Assembly: GCA_964511835.1 (NCBI GenBank)
Contig: CAZEII010000007.1
Coordinates: forward strand, 54,089-118,088
Length of the DNA: 64,000 bases
Direction: 5' to 3'
DNA from: an uncultured Acidobacteriota bacterium
Lineage (GTDB): Bacteria; Acidobacteriota; Polarisedimenticolia; Polarisedimenticolales; DASRJG01
The notes beneath the pieces are model-generated. The model saw nothing but the letters and a program-made list of their open reading frames with translations. It had not been told where the DNA came from and searched no databases. A program made the translations under genes and the position numbers. Below are positions 18,448-27,851 of the stretch, one piece after another; within the stretch, counting starts at the first letter, position 1, and every line of letters begins with the position of its first letter.

Positions 18448-19476
18448 ATGCCATCGTCGAAGGAACTGCTCGACCGCGACCGCAAGGCGGAGCACATTCG
18501 CCTCGCGTTGGAAGAGCGGATGCAGTTCTCCGCGCGCGCCTTCGAGCGTTGGGTCTTCGAGCACGAAGCCCTGCCCGACCTCGACTTCGACGAGATCGAC
18601 CTCACCGTGGAGTTTCTCGGGAAGAGCCTCCGCGCTCCCCTCCTCCTCTCGTGCATGACCGGTGGAACGGAGATCGCCGCCCGGATCAACAGGAACCTGG
18701 CGGCCGCCGCGGAATCCCGCGGCGTCGCGCTCGGCGTCGGATCGCAGCGCAAGGCGCTCGAAGATCCATCGCAAGCCGCAAGCTTCGAGGTCCGCGACGT
18801 AGCGCCAACGATCCCGCTCCTGGCGAACCTCGGCGCCATCCAGTTGAACTACGGCTACGGCATCGAGCACTGTCGGCGCGCGGTGTCGATGATCGGAGCC
18901 GACGCGCTCGTCCTCCACATGAACCCGCTCCAAGAGGCGATCCAGCCCGAGGGGCAGTGCCAATTCGCGGCTCTGCTCCCCAAGATGGCCGAGATCGCCA
19001 CCCAGCTTTCCGTCCCGGTGATCGCGAAGGAGGTCGGAAGCGGCATCTCGGAGGCGACCGGAAGACGCCTTGCGGGAGCCGGGATCAAGATCCTCGATAC
19101 GGCGGGAGTCGGCGGGACGAGCTGGGCGCGAATCGAAGCCAGCCGCGCGCAAGACCCCGAGATGGGAGAGCTTTTCGCCGGCTGGGGGATCCCGACTCCC
19201 GAATCGATCCGGCAGCTCCGCCGCATCGACGGGATCACCATCATCGGCAGCGGAGGGCTTCGCAGCGGACTCGACGTCGCGAAGGCGATAGCGCTCGGCG
19301 CCGATCTCGCCGGGCTGGCCCAGCCATTCCTCGAGGCCGCGATCGATTCCGCCGAGAGCGTCGAGCGCCGCATCGACCGCATCGTGCAAGAATTGAAGAT
19401 CGTCATGTTCTGCCTTTCCTCCCGCACCGTGTCGGACTTGAAATCGGTTCGCATCCGCTTGGAGGCCGAACGATGA
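18448..19476 (+). CDS. fni: type 2 isopentenyl-diphosphate delta-isomerase (FMN-dependent)
   Basis: RKAEHIRLALEE..., LLSCMTGG, AGVGGTSWARIE and GSGGLRSGLDVAKA. Confidence 0.9.
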   Translation: MPSSKELLDRDRKAEHIRLALEERMQFSARAFERWVFEHEALPDLDFDEIDLTVEFLGKSLRAPLLLSCMTGGTEIAARINRNLAAAAESRGVALGVGSQRKALEDPSQAASFEVRDVAPTIPLLANLGAIQLNYGYGIEHCRRAVSMIGADALVLHMNPLQEAIQPEGQCQFAALLPKMAEIATQLSVPVIAKEVGSGISEATGRRLAGAGIKILDTAGVGGTSWARIEASRAQDPEMGELFAGWGIPTPESIRQLRRIDGITIIGSGGLRSGLDVAKAIALGADLAGLAQPFLEAAIDSAESVERRIDRIVQELKIVMFCLSSRTVSDLKSVRIRLEAER

Positions 19477-20756
19477 GCAAGCTGAAAGCCGTCTCCCCCG
19501 ACGCCGCGACGTTGCGCGAAGACATGATTCGATCGCTGGTCGACGGCCGCAGACGGTTCCACGAGATTACCGGCGACTACCGCGCTACCGAAGCCGCGGC
19601 GATCCGGCGGGAGGCGCTCGAGCGGATCTGCGGCGTCGAGCTCCAGGCGATCGGCCACCACTCCTTCGACGCGACGCGGGCGGCCAAGCAGAACTGCGAG
19701 AACATGATCGGGGTCGCCCAGATCCCGATGGGGATCGTCGGCCCGCTGAGCGTGCGCGGCGAGCACATCGACGGCGACGTGTGGGTGCCGATGGCGACGA
19801 CCGAAGGCGCCCTCCTCGCGTCCATCAACCGCGGATGCGCGGCCATCCGGGCCGCCGGCGGCGCCTCGACGCACGTCGACGACGTCGGGATGACGCGCGC
19901 CCCGGTGTTCCGCACGCGCAGCCATCGCGAGACCCGCGCTTTTCTCTCGTGGGTCCGGGATCACGAGGACGACATCCGCGAGGTCGCCTCGGGCACCAGC
20001 CGCTTCCTCGAGCTCACCGAAGTGCGCCCCTACACCTTCGGGACGTCGATCTTCCTCCGGTTCCGCTTCACCACCGGGGACGCGATGGGAATGAACATGG
20101 CGACGATCGCATGCGACCGGATCGTCCGCGAGCTGATCGAGCCGCAGACCGGCGTGCGTTGCGTCGCGCTCTCGGGGAACTATTGCGTCGACAAGAAGGC
20201 GGCCTCGGTCAATTTCAACGAGGGGCGCGGCAAGCGGATCCACGCGGAGGTCGTGATCGACGCGGGCATCCTCCGCGAGACGCTCAAGACCGACGCCGCC
20301 TCGCTCGCCGAGGTCCAATATCGCAAGAACCTTCTCGGGTCCATCGCCGCCGGCTCGATGGGCTACAACGCACATTTCGCGAACGTGCTGTCCGCGATCT
20401 TCCTGGCGACCGGCCAGGATCCCGCGCACGTCGTCGGCGGCTCGACCGGGGTCACTTGCATCGAGGCGCGCGCCGACGGCTCGGCGTATGCCTCGATCTT
20501 CATCCCCGACGCTCCCCTCGGAGCGATCGGCGGCGGCACGTCGTTGAACACGCAAAGCGAGGCTCTGAGGATCCTCGGGGTCGTCCCCGATCCGGAACGC
20601 CCGGGGCACGCGGCGATGCGGCTCGCCGAGATCGTCGGCGCCGCGGTGCTGGCGGGTGAGCTATCGCTCATGGCGGCGTTCACGACGAGCGATCTGGCGC
20701 GCGCACATGAGCGGCTTGGACGCGGCGGCGCTTCGGGCGGCGAACGGGGCGCATGA
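19473..20756 (+). CDS. hmgR: HMG-CoA reductase, class I-like
   Basis: ENMIGVAQIPMGIVGPL, VPMATTEGALLASINRGC and GDAMGMNMAT. ATGA overlap with the idi2 stop. Confidence 0.9.
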   Translation: MSKLKAVSPDAATLREDMIRSLVDGRRRFHEITGDYRATEAAAIRREALERICGVELQAIGHHSFDATRAAKQNCENMIGVAQIPMGIVGPLSVRGEHIDGDVWVPMATTEGALLASINRGCAAIRAAGGASTHVDDVGMTRAPVFRTRSHRETRAFLSWVRDHEDDIREVASGTSRFLELTEVRPYTFGTSIFLRFRFTTGDAMGMNMATIACDRIVRELIEPQTGVRCVALSGNYCVDKKAASVNFNEGRGKRIHAEVVIDAGILRETLKTDAASLAEVQYRKNLLGSIAAGSMGYNAHFANVLSAIFLATGQDPAHVVGGSTGVTCIEARADGSAYASIFIPDAPLGAIGGGTSLNTQSEALRILGVVPDPERPGHAAMRLAEIVGAAVLAGELSLMAAFTTSDLARAHERLGRGGASGGERGA

Positions 20757-21772
20757 GCGGGGAGGCCGCGGTTTCCGCTCCGGGCAAGACGATCCTTTTC
20801 GGAGAGCACGCTGCGGTCTACGGACATCCGGCCTTGGTCGCGGCGCTCGACCACCGGCTGACGGCGACGGCCCGCGCCTCTTTCGCGGGAAGGCCGGGAA
20901 GCGGCACGCTGCGGCTCGATGTTCCCTCGCTCCGAATCACGCGAACGGTCAGCTGGTCTCGCGTCGTGCCGCACGTTCGGGCGCCCGGAGACCTCGCGAT
21001 CCTCGCGGCGACGATCGGATTGGCTGATCTCGGACGTCCTCCCGCTTCCGTCCACCTGGTCATCGACTCGACGATTCCGTCGGGCTCCGGCTTCGGGAGC
21101 TCAGCGGCGCTCGCTGTGGCGGTCGTCGCGGCGTGCCGGCGCGCGGCGGGCGGGGACGCGGACCCCGACGAGATCGCGCGCTTGGCGTCGGAGGTCGAGC
21201 GGCACCAGCACGGCAAGGCCTCTGGTGTCGACGTGCAGGCGGTGCTGCGCGGCGGCGTGCTCTGGTGCCGGCGCCTTCCGGACGGTACTCTCGCGCGGGA
21301 TCCGCTCACCGCGTCGTCGGAGAATCTCGACGTGATACGGCTGTTTCATTCGGGCGCTCCGAACGAAACGACCGGCGAGATGGTCGCTGTGGTGCGCCGC
21401 CTCCTCGATCGGGATCCGGCCCTGGTCCGTGAGGCATTCGGGACGATTGAAGAGGCGACCCGCAAGGGCCGGGAGGCGCTCGTCCGGGGGGACGTCGGCG
21501 CCTTCGTTCCGATCATCCGCCGGGCGGAGAGCGCGCTCGAGGCGCTCGGCGTGGTGCCGCCGGGGGTCCTCTCGGCGATTCGCGCGATCGAGGCTCAGGG
21601 TGGGGCGGCGAAGATATCGGGAGCTGGCGGCCTCACGGGGGCGGGCGCGGGTCTGATCCTCGTCGTCCACCCGGACGTCACGTGGCACGATCGATTCGCC
21701 CCACCCGCCGGCTGGACCGCGCATCGCGTTCCGCTCGGCGCGGAGGGGCTCCGCACGGAGAAGGCCGCATGA
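20753..21772 (+). CDS. mvk: mevalonate kinase
   Basis: APGKTILFGEHAAVYG and GHMP motif IPSGSGFGSSAALAV. ATGA overlap with hmgR. Confidence 0.9.
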   Translation: MSGEAAVSAPGKTILFGEHAAVYGHPALVAALDHRLTATARASFAGRPGSGTLRLDVPSLRITRTVSWSRVVPHVRAPGDLAILAATIGLADLGRPPASVHLVIDSTIPSGSGFGSSAALAVAVVAACRRAAGGDADPDEIARLASEVERHQHGKASGVDVQAVLRGGVLWCRRLPDGTLARDPLTASSENLDVIRLFHSGAPNETTGEMVAVVRRLLDRDPALVREAFGTIEEATRKGREALVRGDVGAFVPIIRRAESALEALGVVPPGVLSAIRAIEAQGGAAKISGAGGLTGAGAGLILVVHPDVTWHDRFAPPAGWTAHRVPLGAEGLRTEKAA

Positions 21773-22773
21773 CCGGCAAGTCCACAGCCACCGCCCCGTC
21801 GAACATCGCCTTCATCAAGTATTGGGGGGCGCGGGACCTCGAAGCGGCCGTTCCGATCAACGCCTCGATCTCGATGACGCTGACGGAGTGCGTCAGCCTC
21901 TCGACCGCTGCGTTCGACGAGGGATCCGATGCGGAAGACCGCATCGAGCTCGTCGGCGAGGACGGATCGCTGATCCTCCCCTCGGCCTCCTTTCGCGAGC
22001 GGGCCCTGGCGCACCTCGGCCGCGTGCGCCGGTGGGCGCACCGACGCGGCGCGTTCCGCGTCGCCACGCGGAACTCGTTTCCGACGGGGGCCGGGATCGC
22101 CTCGTCGGCCTCGGGATTCGCGGCGCTGACGATCGCCTCGACCAAGGCCCTCGGCCTCAGACTGACTCTTCCCGAGCTGTCCGATCTCGCACGCATGAGC
22201 GGCTCGGGCTCCGCCGCGCGCTCCGTGCTCGGGGGATACGTCGAGTGGTCGCCGGCCGGCGAGGGCGCAGGCCACGCCGTCGCGCTCGCTCCGGCCTCCC
22301 ACTGGGATCTTCGCGACGTGATCGCCATCGTCGATCACGGCGAGAAAGACGTGTCGTCGCTCGATGGGCACCGCCTCGCGGCGTCGAGCCCGCACTTCGA
22401 GACGCGCCAGCGGATACTTCCGGAGCGCTTGGCCGTGGTTCGAAAGGCGATCGAAGAGCGCGATCTCAAGGCCCTCGGGCCTCGGTTAGAGGAGGAGGCG
22501 ATCGAGCTGCACTTGATCGCCATGTCCTCCAAGCCGCCGATCTTCTACTGGAAGCCGGGCACGGTGCAGGTCCTCGACCATCTCCGTGCGATGCGCCGCG
22601 AGGGGCTCGACGCTTGGGCCACGATGGATGCAGGCGCAAACGTCCACGTGATCTGCACGCGAGAGGCCGAAGCGCCGGTCGTCTCGGCGCTCGAAGGGCT
22701 GTCCGGCGTCAGCCGTGTGCTCCTCGACGGCGTCGGGGAAGGACCCCGGGACGAGCGGGAGCACCTCTTCTGA
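21769..22773 (+). CDS. (di)phosphomevalonate decarboxylase family protein. Substrate (MVAPP vs MVAP) is undetermined.
   Basis: APSNIAFIKYWGARD and FPTGAGIASSASGFAAL. ATGA overlap with mvk. Confidence 0.85.
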   Translation: MTGKSTATAPSNIAFIKYWGARDLEAAVPINASISMTLTECVSLSTAAFDEGSDAEDRIELVGEDGSLILPSASFRERALAHLGRVRRWAHRRGAFRVATRNSFPTGAGIASSASGFAALTIASTKALGLRLTLPELSDLARMSGSGSAARSVLGGYVEWSPAGEGAGHAVALAPASHWDLRDVIAIVDHGEKDVSSLDGHRLAASSPHFETRQRILPERLAVVRKAIEERDLKALGPRLEEEAIELHLIAMSSKPPIFYWKPGTVQVLDHLRAMRREGLDAWATMDAGANVHVICTREAEAPVVSALEGLSGVSRVLLDGVGEGPRDEREHLF

Positions 22774-23579
22774 TGCGAAGGCCGATCGTCTTCCTGAAGC
22801 TCGGCGGGAGCCTGATCACGGACAAGGCACGTCCCGGCGTAGCGCGGCTGACGGGGATCCGGCGGCTGGCGCGGGAGCTCGCGACGGCGGCCCGACGTTC
22901 CGGCGGACCGCGCTTGCTCGTCGGTCACGGCAGCGGCTCGTTCGGACACGCGGCCGCGGCCCGTGGCGGACTGACCCACGGCGCCGATGCGCGCCGAAGC
23001 CTCGCGGCCGTGGCGCACACTCAGCGGCGCGCGGCGGACCTTCACAGGATCGTGGTGGACGCGCTCGAGGACGCCGGCGCTCGGCCGTACTCGTTCGCGC
23101 CGTCGAGCTTCCTGCTCGCCGCGAGCGGGCAGCTGACGGACGTTTTCGCCGACCCAATTTTCGAAGCGCTCGAGCGCGGGCTGCTGCCGGTCGTTTACGG
23201 CGACGTCGTTCTCGATCGCAGGCGCGGCGCGATCGTGGTTTCCACGGAGGAAGTTTTCCTGGCTCTGGCGGCGGAGGCTGCGGCAAGAGGCGTTCCGGTG
23301 ACGCGGGCGGTCTGGCTCGGCGAAACCGACGGCGTTCACAACGGGCACGGGAGAACGATCGCGCGGATGTCGGCGAGCGAGGCGGCGCGAACCGCGCGCC
23401 GGGTCACCGGGGCGTCGGGGGTCGATGTGACCGGAGGGATGGCACTGCGCCTTGCCGCGGCCGCAAAGTTCGCCCGGCAGGGCATCTCGTCGTGGATCGC
23501 CGACGGACGCAAGGCCGGTGCGATCGGCGGAGGCCTGTCGGGGCGTAGCACCGGCGGGACCCGGGTGGACGCCCGGTGA
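22773..23579 (+). CDS. ipk: isopentenyl phosphate kinase (amino-acid-kinase fold)
   Basis: VFLKLGGSLITDK, LVGHGSGSFGH and YGDVVLD. TGATG overlap with the upstream gene. Confidence 0.8.
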   Translation: MRRPIVFLKLGGSLITDKARPGVARLTGIRRLARELATAARRSGGPRLLVGHGSGSFGHAAAARGGLTHGADARRSLAAVAHTQRRAADLHRIVVDALEDAGARPYSFAPSSFLLAASGQLTDVFADPIFEALERGLLPVVYGDVVLDRRRGAIVVSTEEVFLALAAEAAARGVPVTRAVWLGETDGVHNGHGRTIARMSASEAARTARRVTGASGVDVTGGMALRLAAAAKFARQGISSWIADGRKAGAIGGGLSGRSTGGTRVDAR

Positions 23580-24475
23580 GAGCGATGGCGAACCTCGACG
23601 ACCTCTTGGAGAAGACCAGCCGGACGTTCGCGTTGTCGATCCCGATGCTGCCGGAGCCGACGCGTCGCCACGTCGGCATCGCCTACCTTCTCTTCCGCGT
23701 CGCGGACACCTTCGAGGACGCGGCGCAATGGCCGCGCGCCAAGCGAATCGCCGCTCTGGCCGAGTTCGCCGGGCTGCTCGAAACCCAAGGCGGGGAACCC
23801 GCCGCGGCGGCACGCTGGCTCGCCGACGTTCCCGTCTCCCATGCGGGCTATCTCGAGCTGCTGCGTGAGACGCCCACGGTGATGGACGCCTACTGGTCGA
23901 TGCCGCCGTCCGTGCGGGCGGTTCTGCGGCGCGACGTGCTCCGCACGATCGCGGGGATGGCGGGCTTCGTGCGCCGCGGCGACGCTCGCGGCAATCTGCG
24001 CCTCGCGTCGATGCGCGAGCTGCGCGACTACTGCTATGCGGTGGCGGGGATCGTCGGTGAAATGTTGACGGAGCTGTTTCTGCTGGACGCCGCGGTCCTC
24101 GCGCCCCACGCCGCGCGCTTGAGGCGGCGCGCTCGGTTCTTCGGTGAAGCGCTCCAGCTCGTCAACATCCTGAAGGACGCGAGCTCCGATGCGACGGAAG
24201 GGCGGGTGTACCTTCCGGCGGGGGTCTCCCGGGGGAGCGTGTTCGCACTGGCGCGGCGCGATCTCGTCGTCGCGGCGGCGTACGTCGCGACGATGCAGCG
24301 CGCGGGAGCGCCCGACGGCTTCGTCGCGTTCACCGGGTCTCCCGCGGTCCTGGCGCGCGCGAGTCTCGATCGGATCGAGTCCACCGCTCCTGGCGCGAAG
24401 CTCACCCGTGCGGAGGTCGGCTCCCTGATGGAGCGGATGTTCGAGAATCTCGCCGCGAGACGCCCTCTGCTCTAG
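23576..24475 (+). CDS. squalene/phytoene synthase family protein (squalene-synthase-like)
   Basis: SRTFALSIPML, YLLFRVADTFED (Asp-rich 1), YCYAVAGIVGEML and NILKDASSDATEGRVYLP (Asp-rich 2). GTGA overlap with ipk. Confidence 0.85.
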   Translation: MRAMANLDDLLEKTSRTFALSIPMLPEPTRRHVGIAYLLFRVADTFEDAAQWPRAKRIAALAEFAGLLETQGGEPAAAARWLADVPVSHAGYLELLRETPTVMDAYWSMPPSVRAVLRRDVLRTIAGMAGFVRRGDARGNLRLASMRELRDYCYAVAGIVGEMLTELFLLDAAVLAPHAARLRRRARFFGEALQLVNILKDASSDATEGRVYLPAGVSRGSVFALARRDLVVAAAYVATMQRAGAPDGFVAFTGSPAVLARASLDRIESTAPGAKLTRAEVGSLMERMFENLAARRPLL

Positions 24476-26157
24476 CCCCCGCGTCGCATCGTTCGGATCC
24501 TCTCGAGATTCCCGGCGAAGCCGGTGTTCTCCGGATCGAGGCGAACGGCGTCGGCGAACTCGTGCTCGGCCTCGTCGAGCTTTCCGGCGCGAGCCAGCAC
24601 CACCCCGAGCGCCCCATGCGCCGCGGCGTCATCCGGAGACGCCTGGACGGCTCGGCGGAGCTCGACCTCGGCACCGGCGAGATCGCCGCCGCGGAGCCGC
24701 CGCGTCCCCTCGGAAGTCAGAGCCGCGGAGAGCTTGGCGCGTAGCTCGGGATCGCGCTCGCCGTAGCTCACGGCGCGCTGATACGCCTCGATCGCCTCGC
24801 CGGTCCGCCCCAGCTTGATGAGCGACTCGCCGAGCGCCACCCACGCCTGCGTGTACCGATCCCAGATCTCGAGCGACCGATGGAGCTCCGCGACCGAATC
24901 TTCGAATCGCCCCTGACGGTAGAGGCTCCGGCCGAGCGCGTGGTGGGCGACCGCGCTCGGCCCGGTGACCGAAATCGTGTGCTCGAAGAGCGTCGTCGTG
25001 TCGCGCCAGAGCGAGGCCTGCCGCACTGTCAATACGGAAAAGGCGGCGACGACCGTGGCCGCGAGGGCGATCGCGGCCGGACGCGCAAGCCGATCTCCCA
25101 TCTCCCAGACGAGGGCGACGACCGGTCCGACCAGCGGCAAGTACGTGTAACGGTCGGCCATCGATTGCGGTCCGACCTGGATGATGCCGACGACCGGGAG
25201 CAGCGTGGCGAGGTACCAGCCCCAGCCGACGGACCAGTGCGGTTTCGTCCTCCACGCGCCCGCGGCGAGTGCGGTCAGCGCGGCGATTGCGAGCGCGGAA
25301 GCCGCCACGCGCGGGAGGGTCAGGCGCGAGAGGTCGTACGGATAAGGGTTCGCGAGCCCGTGCGGCCAGAGGGTCAGCACGAGGTAGTCGATGGTCGAAA
25401 CGCAGGCGTTGGCCAGCCTCGTCGGGAGCGGCACCACCTCGAGCCCCGAGACGGCACCGGCGCGCGACTGCGCCACCAAGGTCACGATCGCCGACAGCGC
25501 GGAGAGCGCAAAAAACGGCAGCTTTTCCCGCACGCTCCGCCGGACATCGAACCTGTCGAGCGGCCATCGATCGAGGAGCACCATCAGCACGGGAAGGGTG
25601 ACGAGCATCGGCTTCGCCATCAGACCAGCCGCGAACAGGCCGAGCGCCGTGACGTAGCGTGCCCGGGACGGCTTTTCGACCCAGAGGACCCAAGCGTAGA
25701 GAGCGGCGAATCCGAGCGCCTGAGAAAGCACGTCCTTGCGCTCGGCGATCCACACGACCGATTCCACGCGGAGCGGGTGGATCGCGAAGAGGAGCGACGC
25801 GGCGGCGCTCCGTCCCTCCTGCGCGGTGAGACGGACGAGGAGCAAGAAGAGCAGCACGGCGGCCGCGGCATGGTAGACGACGTTCGCGACGTGGAAGGTG
25901 CTCGGGCCGGGCCCCCCGATCGACCGATCCAGCATGAGCGAGATCCACGTCAGCGGATGCCAGTTCGCGCGCTCGAAGCTCGTGAGCGCCCAGCCGATTC
26001 CCTCGCCGGTCAGCCCCTTCTGGACGATCGCGTTGTCGGCGACGTAGCCGCGATCGTCCAGCTCGATGAAGTCGTAGGACGCCGCGCGCCCGAACGCCGC
26101 GGCAACGGCGAGGACGATGCCCGCGGCGATCGCGAGCCGCCTCGTGCGCGCGCTCAT
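24472..26157 (-). CDS. multi-pass membrane protein with C-terminal TPR repeats (TMTC-like / GT-C-like)
   Basis: Start taken at MSARTRRLAIAAGIVLAV (ATGA overlap with the upstream GNAT). The N-terminal half is polytopic and the C-terminal TPR reads (ALGESLIKLGRTGEAIEAYQRAV...). It is a paralogue of 40566..42503. Confidence 0.75.
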   Translation of the reverse strand: MSARTRRLAIAAGIVLAVAAAFGRAASYDFIELDDRGYVADNAIVQKGLTGEGIGWALTSFERANWHPLTWISLMLDRSIGGPGPSTFHVANVVYHAAAAVLLFLLLVRLTAQEGRSAAASLLFAIHPLRVESVVWIAERKDVLSQALGFAALYAWVLWVEKPSRARYVTALGLFAAGLMAKPMLVTLPVLMVLLDRWPLDRFDVRRSVREKLPFFALSALSAIVTLVAQSRAGAVSGLEVVPLPTRLANACVSTIDYLVLTLWPHGLANPYPYDLSRLTLPRVAASALAIAALTALAAGAWRTKPHWSVGWGWYLATLLPVVGIIQVGPQSMADRYTYLPLVGPVVALVWEMGDRLARPAAIALAATVVAAFSVLTVRQASLWRDTTTLFEHTISVTGPSAVAHHALGRSLYRQGRFEDSVAELHRSLEIWDRYTQAWVALGESLIKLGRTGEAIEAYQRAVSYGERDPELRAKLSAALTSEGTRRLRGGDLAGAEVELRRAVQASPDDAAAHGALGVVLARAGKLDEAEHEFADAVRLDPENTGFAGNLERIRTMRRGG

Positions 26158-26759
26158 TGCCGGGCGAGCCTCTCTTCGAGGCGCGCCTTCACGCGCGGCC
26201 ATTCCGCATCGACGATGCCGTAGTAGACCGTGTCGCGCACGAAGCCGTCCCAGCAGACACGGTGACGGCGAAGCACGCCCTCGCGCGCGGCGCCGAGCCT
26301 CTCGATGGCCGTCTGCGATCGGAAGTTGCGCGCATCGGTCTTCAGCGTGACCCGGTGCGCTCCTTGCTCGTCAAACGCGTAGGACAGAAGGAGGAGCTTG
26401 CACTCGGTGTTGATCGCGGTGCGCTGCCAGCGCGGGCCGATCCACGTCCAACCGATCTCGAGCGCACGGTGCCGCCGCTGGATGTCGAGAAAACGCGTCG
26501 ATCCGACGGCGGCCCCCGACGCGGCATCGACGATGGCGAGCGGGATCTCGACGCCGCCCTCGGCTTCGGCCCAAGCCTGGCGGATCATCGAGCCGGCGTC
26601 CTCCGGCGACCGCAGCGCCGGTCGCGGCATGTAGATCCAAGTCGCATCGTCGGATCCGGCGGCAAAAAGGTCGCCCGCGTGGGCCGGATCCAGGGGCTCG
26701 ACGACGACGCGCCTTCCTCTGAGAATCGTCGGCTGCGGATCGAAGAGCGGTGGGAGCAT
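26154..26759 (-). CDS. GNAT family N-acetyltransferase
   Basis: Internal ATG of track ORF 26154..27104: MLPPLFDPQPTILRGRRVVVEPLDP...LEIGWTWIGPRWQRTAINTECKLLLLSYAFDEQGAHRVTLKTDARN. Confidence 0.8.
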   Translation of the reverse strand: MLPPLFDPQPTILRGRRVVVEPLDPAHAGDLFAAGSDDATWIYMPRPALRSPEDAGSMIRQAWAEAEGGVEIPLAIVDAASGAAVGSTRFLDIQRRHRALEIGWTWIGPRWQRTAINTECKLLLLSYAFDEQGAHRVTLKTDARNFRSQTAIERLGAAREGVLRRHRVCWDGFVRDTVYYGIVDAEWPRVKARLEERLARQ

Positions 26760-26826
26760 GCCGCCGGATTCTAGCCCGCGTGCTCGCGGAGTATGATCGC
26801 TCCGCGTCGGCCAAGGGAGAACGATC

Positions 26827-27228
26827 ATGAGCACCCGGAGCGTCCCATCGCGGCTCGCGGCGATTGCGGCGGTGTTCTTGTCCCTCGCGGGCATCGCCGG
26901 GACGGTGGCGCTCAAAGAAGCCTCTTCGAAGCTGGCGGCGGACGAGCTGGCGCCGGTCTTCGGACGGATCCAGAAGCTGATCGATTCCGGGTTCGGCGAA
27001 TCCGAGCGCGACGTGGTCGTCTCCTCGATCGCCGGATTGAAGCCGGACGACGAGTTCTCGCGCGAGTTCTCCGTGAAATTCGGCGGGCACGAGATCCCGC
27101 TCAAGATTCACGCCGTCATGGCACCCCGCGAGCTCGCGGTCGTCGATTTCGCGTCGACACCCGATCTGACCGACGCGATTCGCAGGGAGGTCAACAGCGT
27201 CCTCGACGCGCGCGACGGCCACAGGTAG
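26827..27228 (+). CDS. membrane-anchored hypothetical protein (133 aa)
   Basis: N-terminal TM helix (RLAAIAAVFLSLAGIAGTVAL) followed by a soluble domain. I recognise no family. Confidence 0.5.
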   Translation: MSTRSVPSRLAAIAAVFLSLAGIAGTVALKEASSKLAADELAPVFGRIQKLIDSGFGESERDVVVSSIAGLKPDDEFSREFSVKFGGHEIPLKIHAVMAPRELAVVDFASTPDLTDAIRREVNSVLDARDGHR

Positions 27229-27231
27229 CGA

Positions 27232-27807
27232 TTGGGCAAGGGACGCCTCGAGGCCTTCAGCGACGGCGTGATCGCCATCCTCATCACGATCATGGTCCTC
27301 GAGCTGAAGACGCCGCACGGCGTCGAGCTCGAATCCCTGCGGCCGCTCGTTCCGGTGCTCACCTGCTATCTCCTGAGCTTCATCACCATCGGGATCTACT
27401 GGAACAACCACCATCACATGCTCCACGCGGCCGGCAAGGTCAACGGCCGCATCTTGTGGGCGAACCTCCATCTGCTCTTCTGGCTGTCGTTGGTTCCGTT
27501 CGTCACCGACTGGATGGGCGAGAATCGCTTCGCGTCTCTCCCGGTGGCGATGTACGGCTCGGTCCTTCTCATGGCCGGCTGCGCCTACTATCTTCTCGAG
27601 CGCGTGCTGGCGGCCCATCGCGGGAAGGAGTCGAAACTGGCGATGGCGGTCGGAAAAGACGCGAAGGGAGCCGCGTCCCTCGCGATCTACGCGGCGGCGA
27701 TTCCGATCTCGTTCCTCAACCCGTGGATCGCCTTCGCGATGTACGTCCTGGTCGCGGCGATCTGGCTCGTTCCCGATCGCAGGATCGAGCGCGCGCTCGC
27801 CGAGTGA
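27232..27807 (+). CDS. TMEM175 / DUF1211 family potassium-channel-like protein
   Basis: The N-terminal signature RLEAFSDGVIAILITIMVLEL and a 6-TM layout. TTG start. Confidence 0.8.
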   Translation: MGKGRLEAFSDGVIAILITIMVLELKTPHGVELESLRPLVPVLTCYLLSFITIGIYWNNHHHMLHAAGKVNGRILWANLHLLFWLSLVPFVTDWMGENRFASLPVAMYGSVLLMAGCAYYLLERVLAAHRGKESKLAMAVGKDAKGAASLAIYAAAIPISFLNPWIAFAMYVLVAAIWLVPDRRIERALAE

Positions 27808-27851
27808 GCGGCGTCGCCGAGGCCTCGCGCGCCATGGGGTAACCGAGCGTC

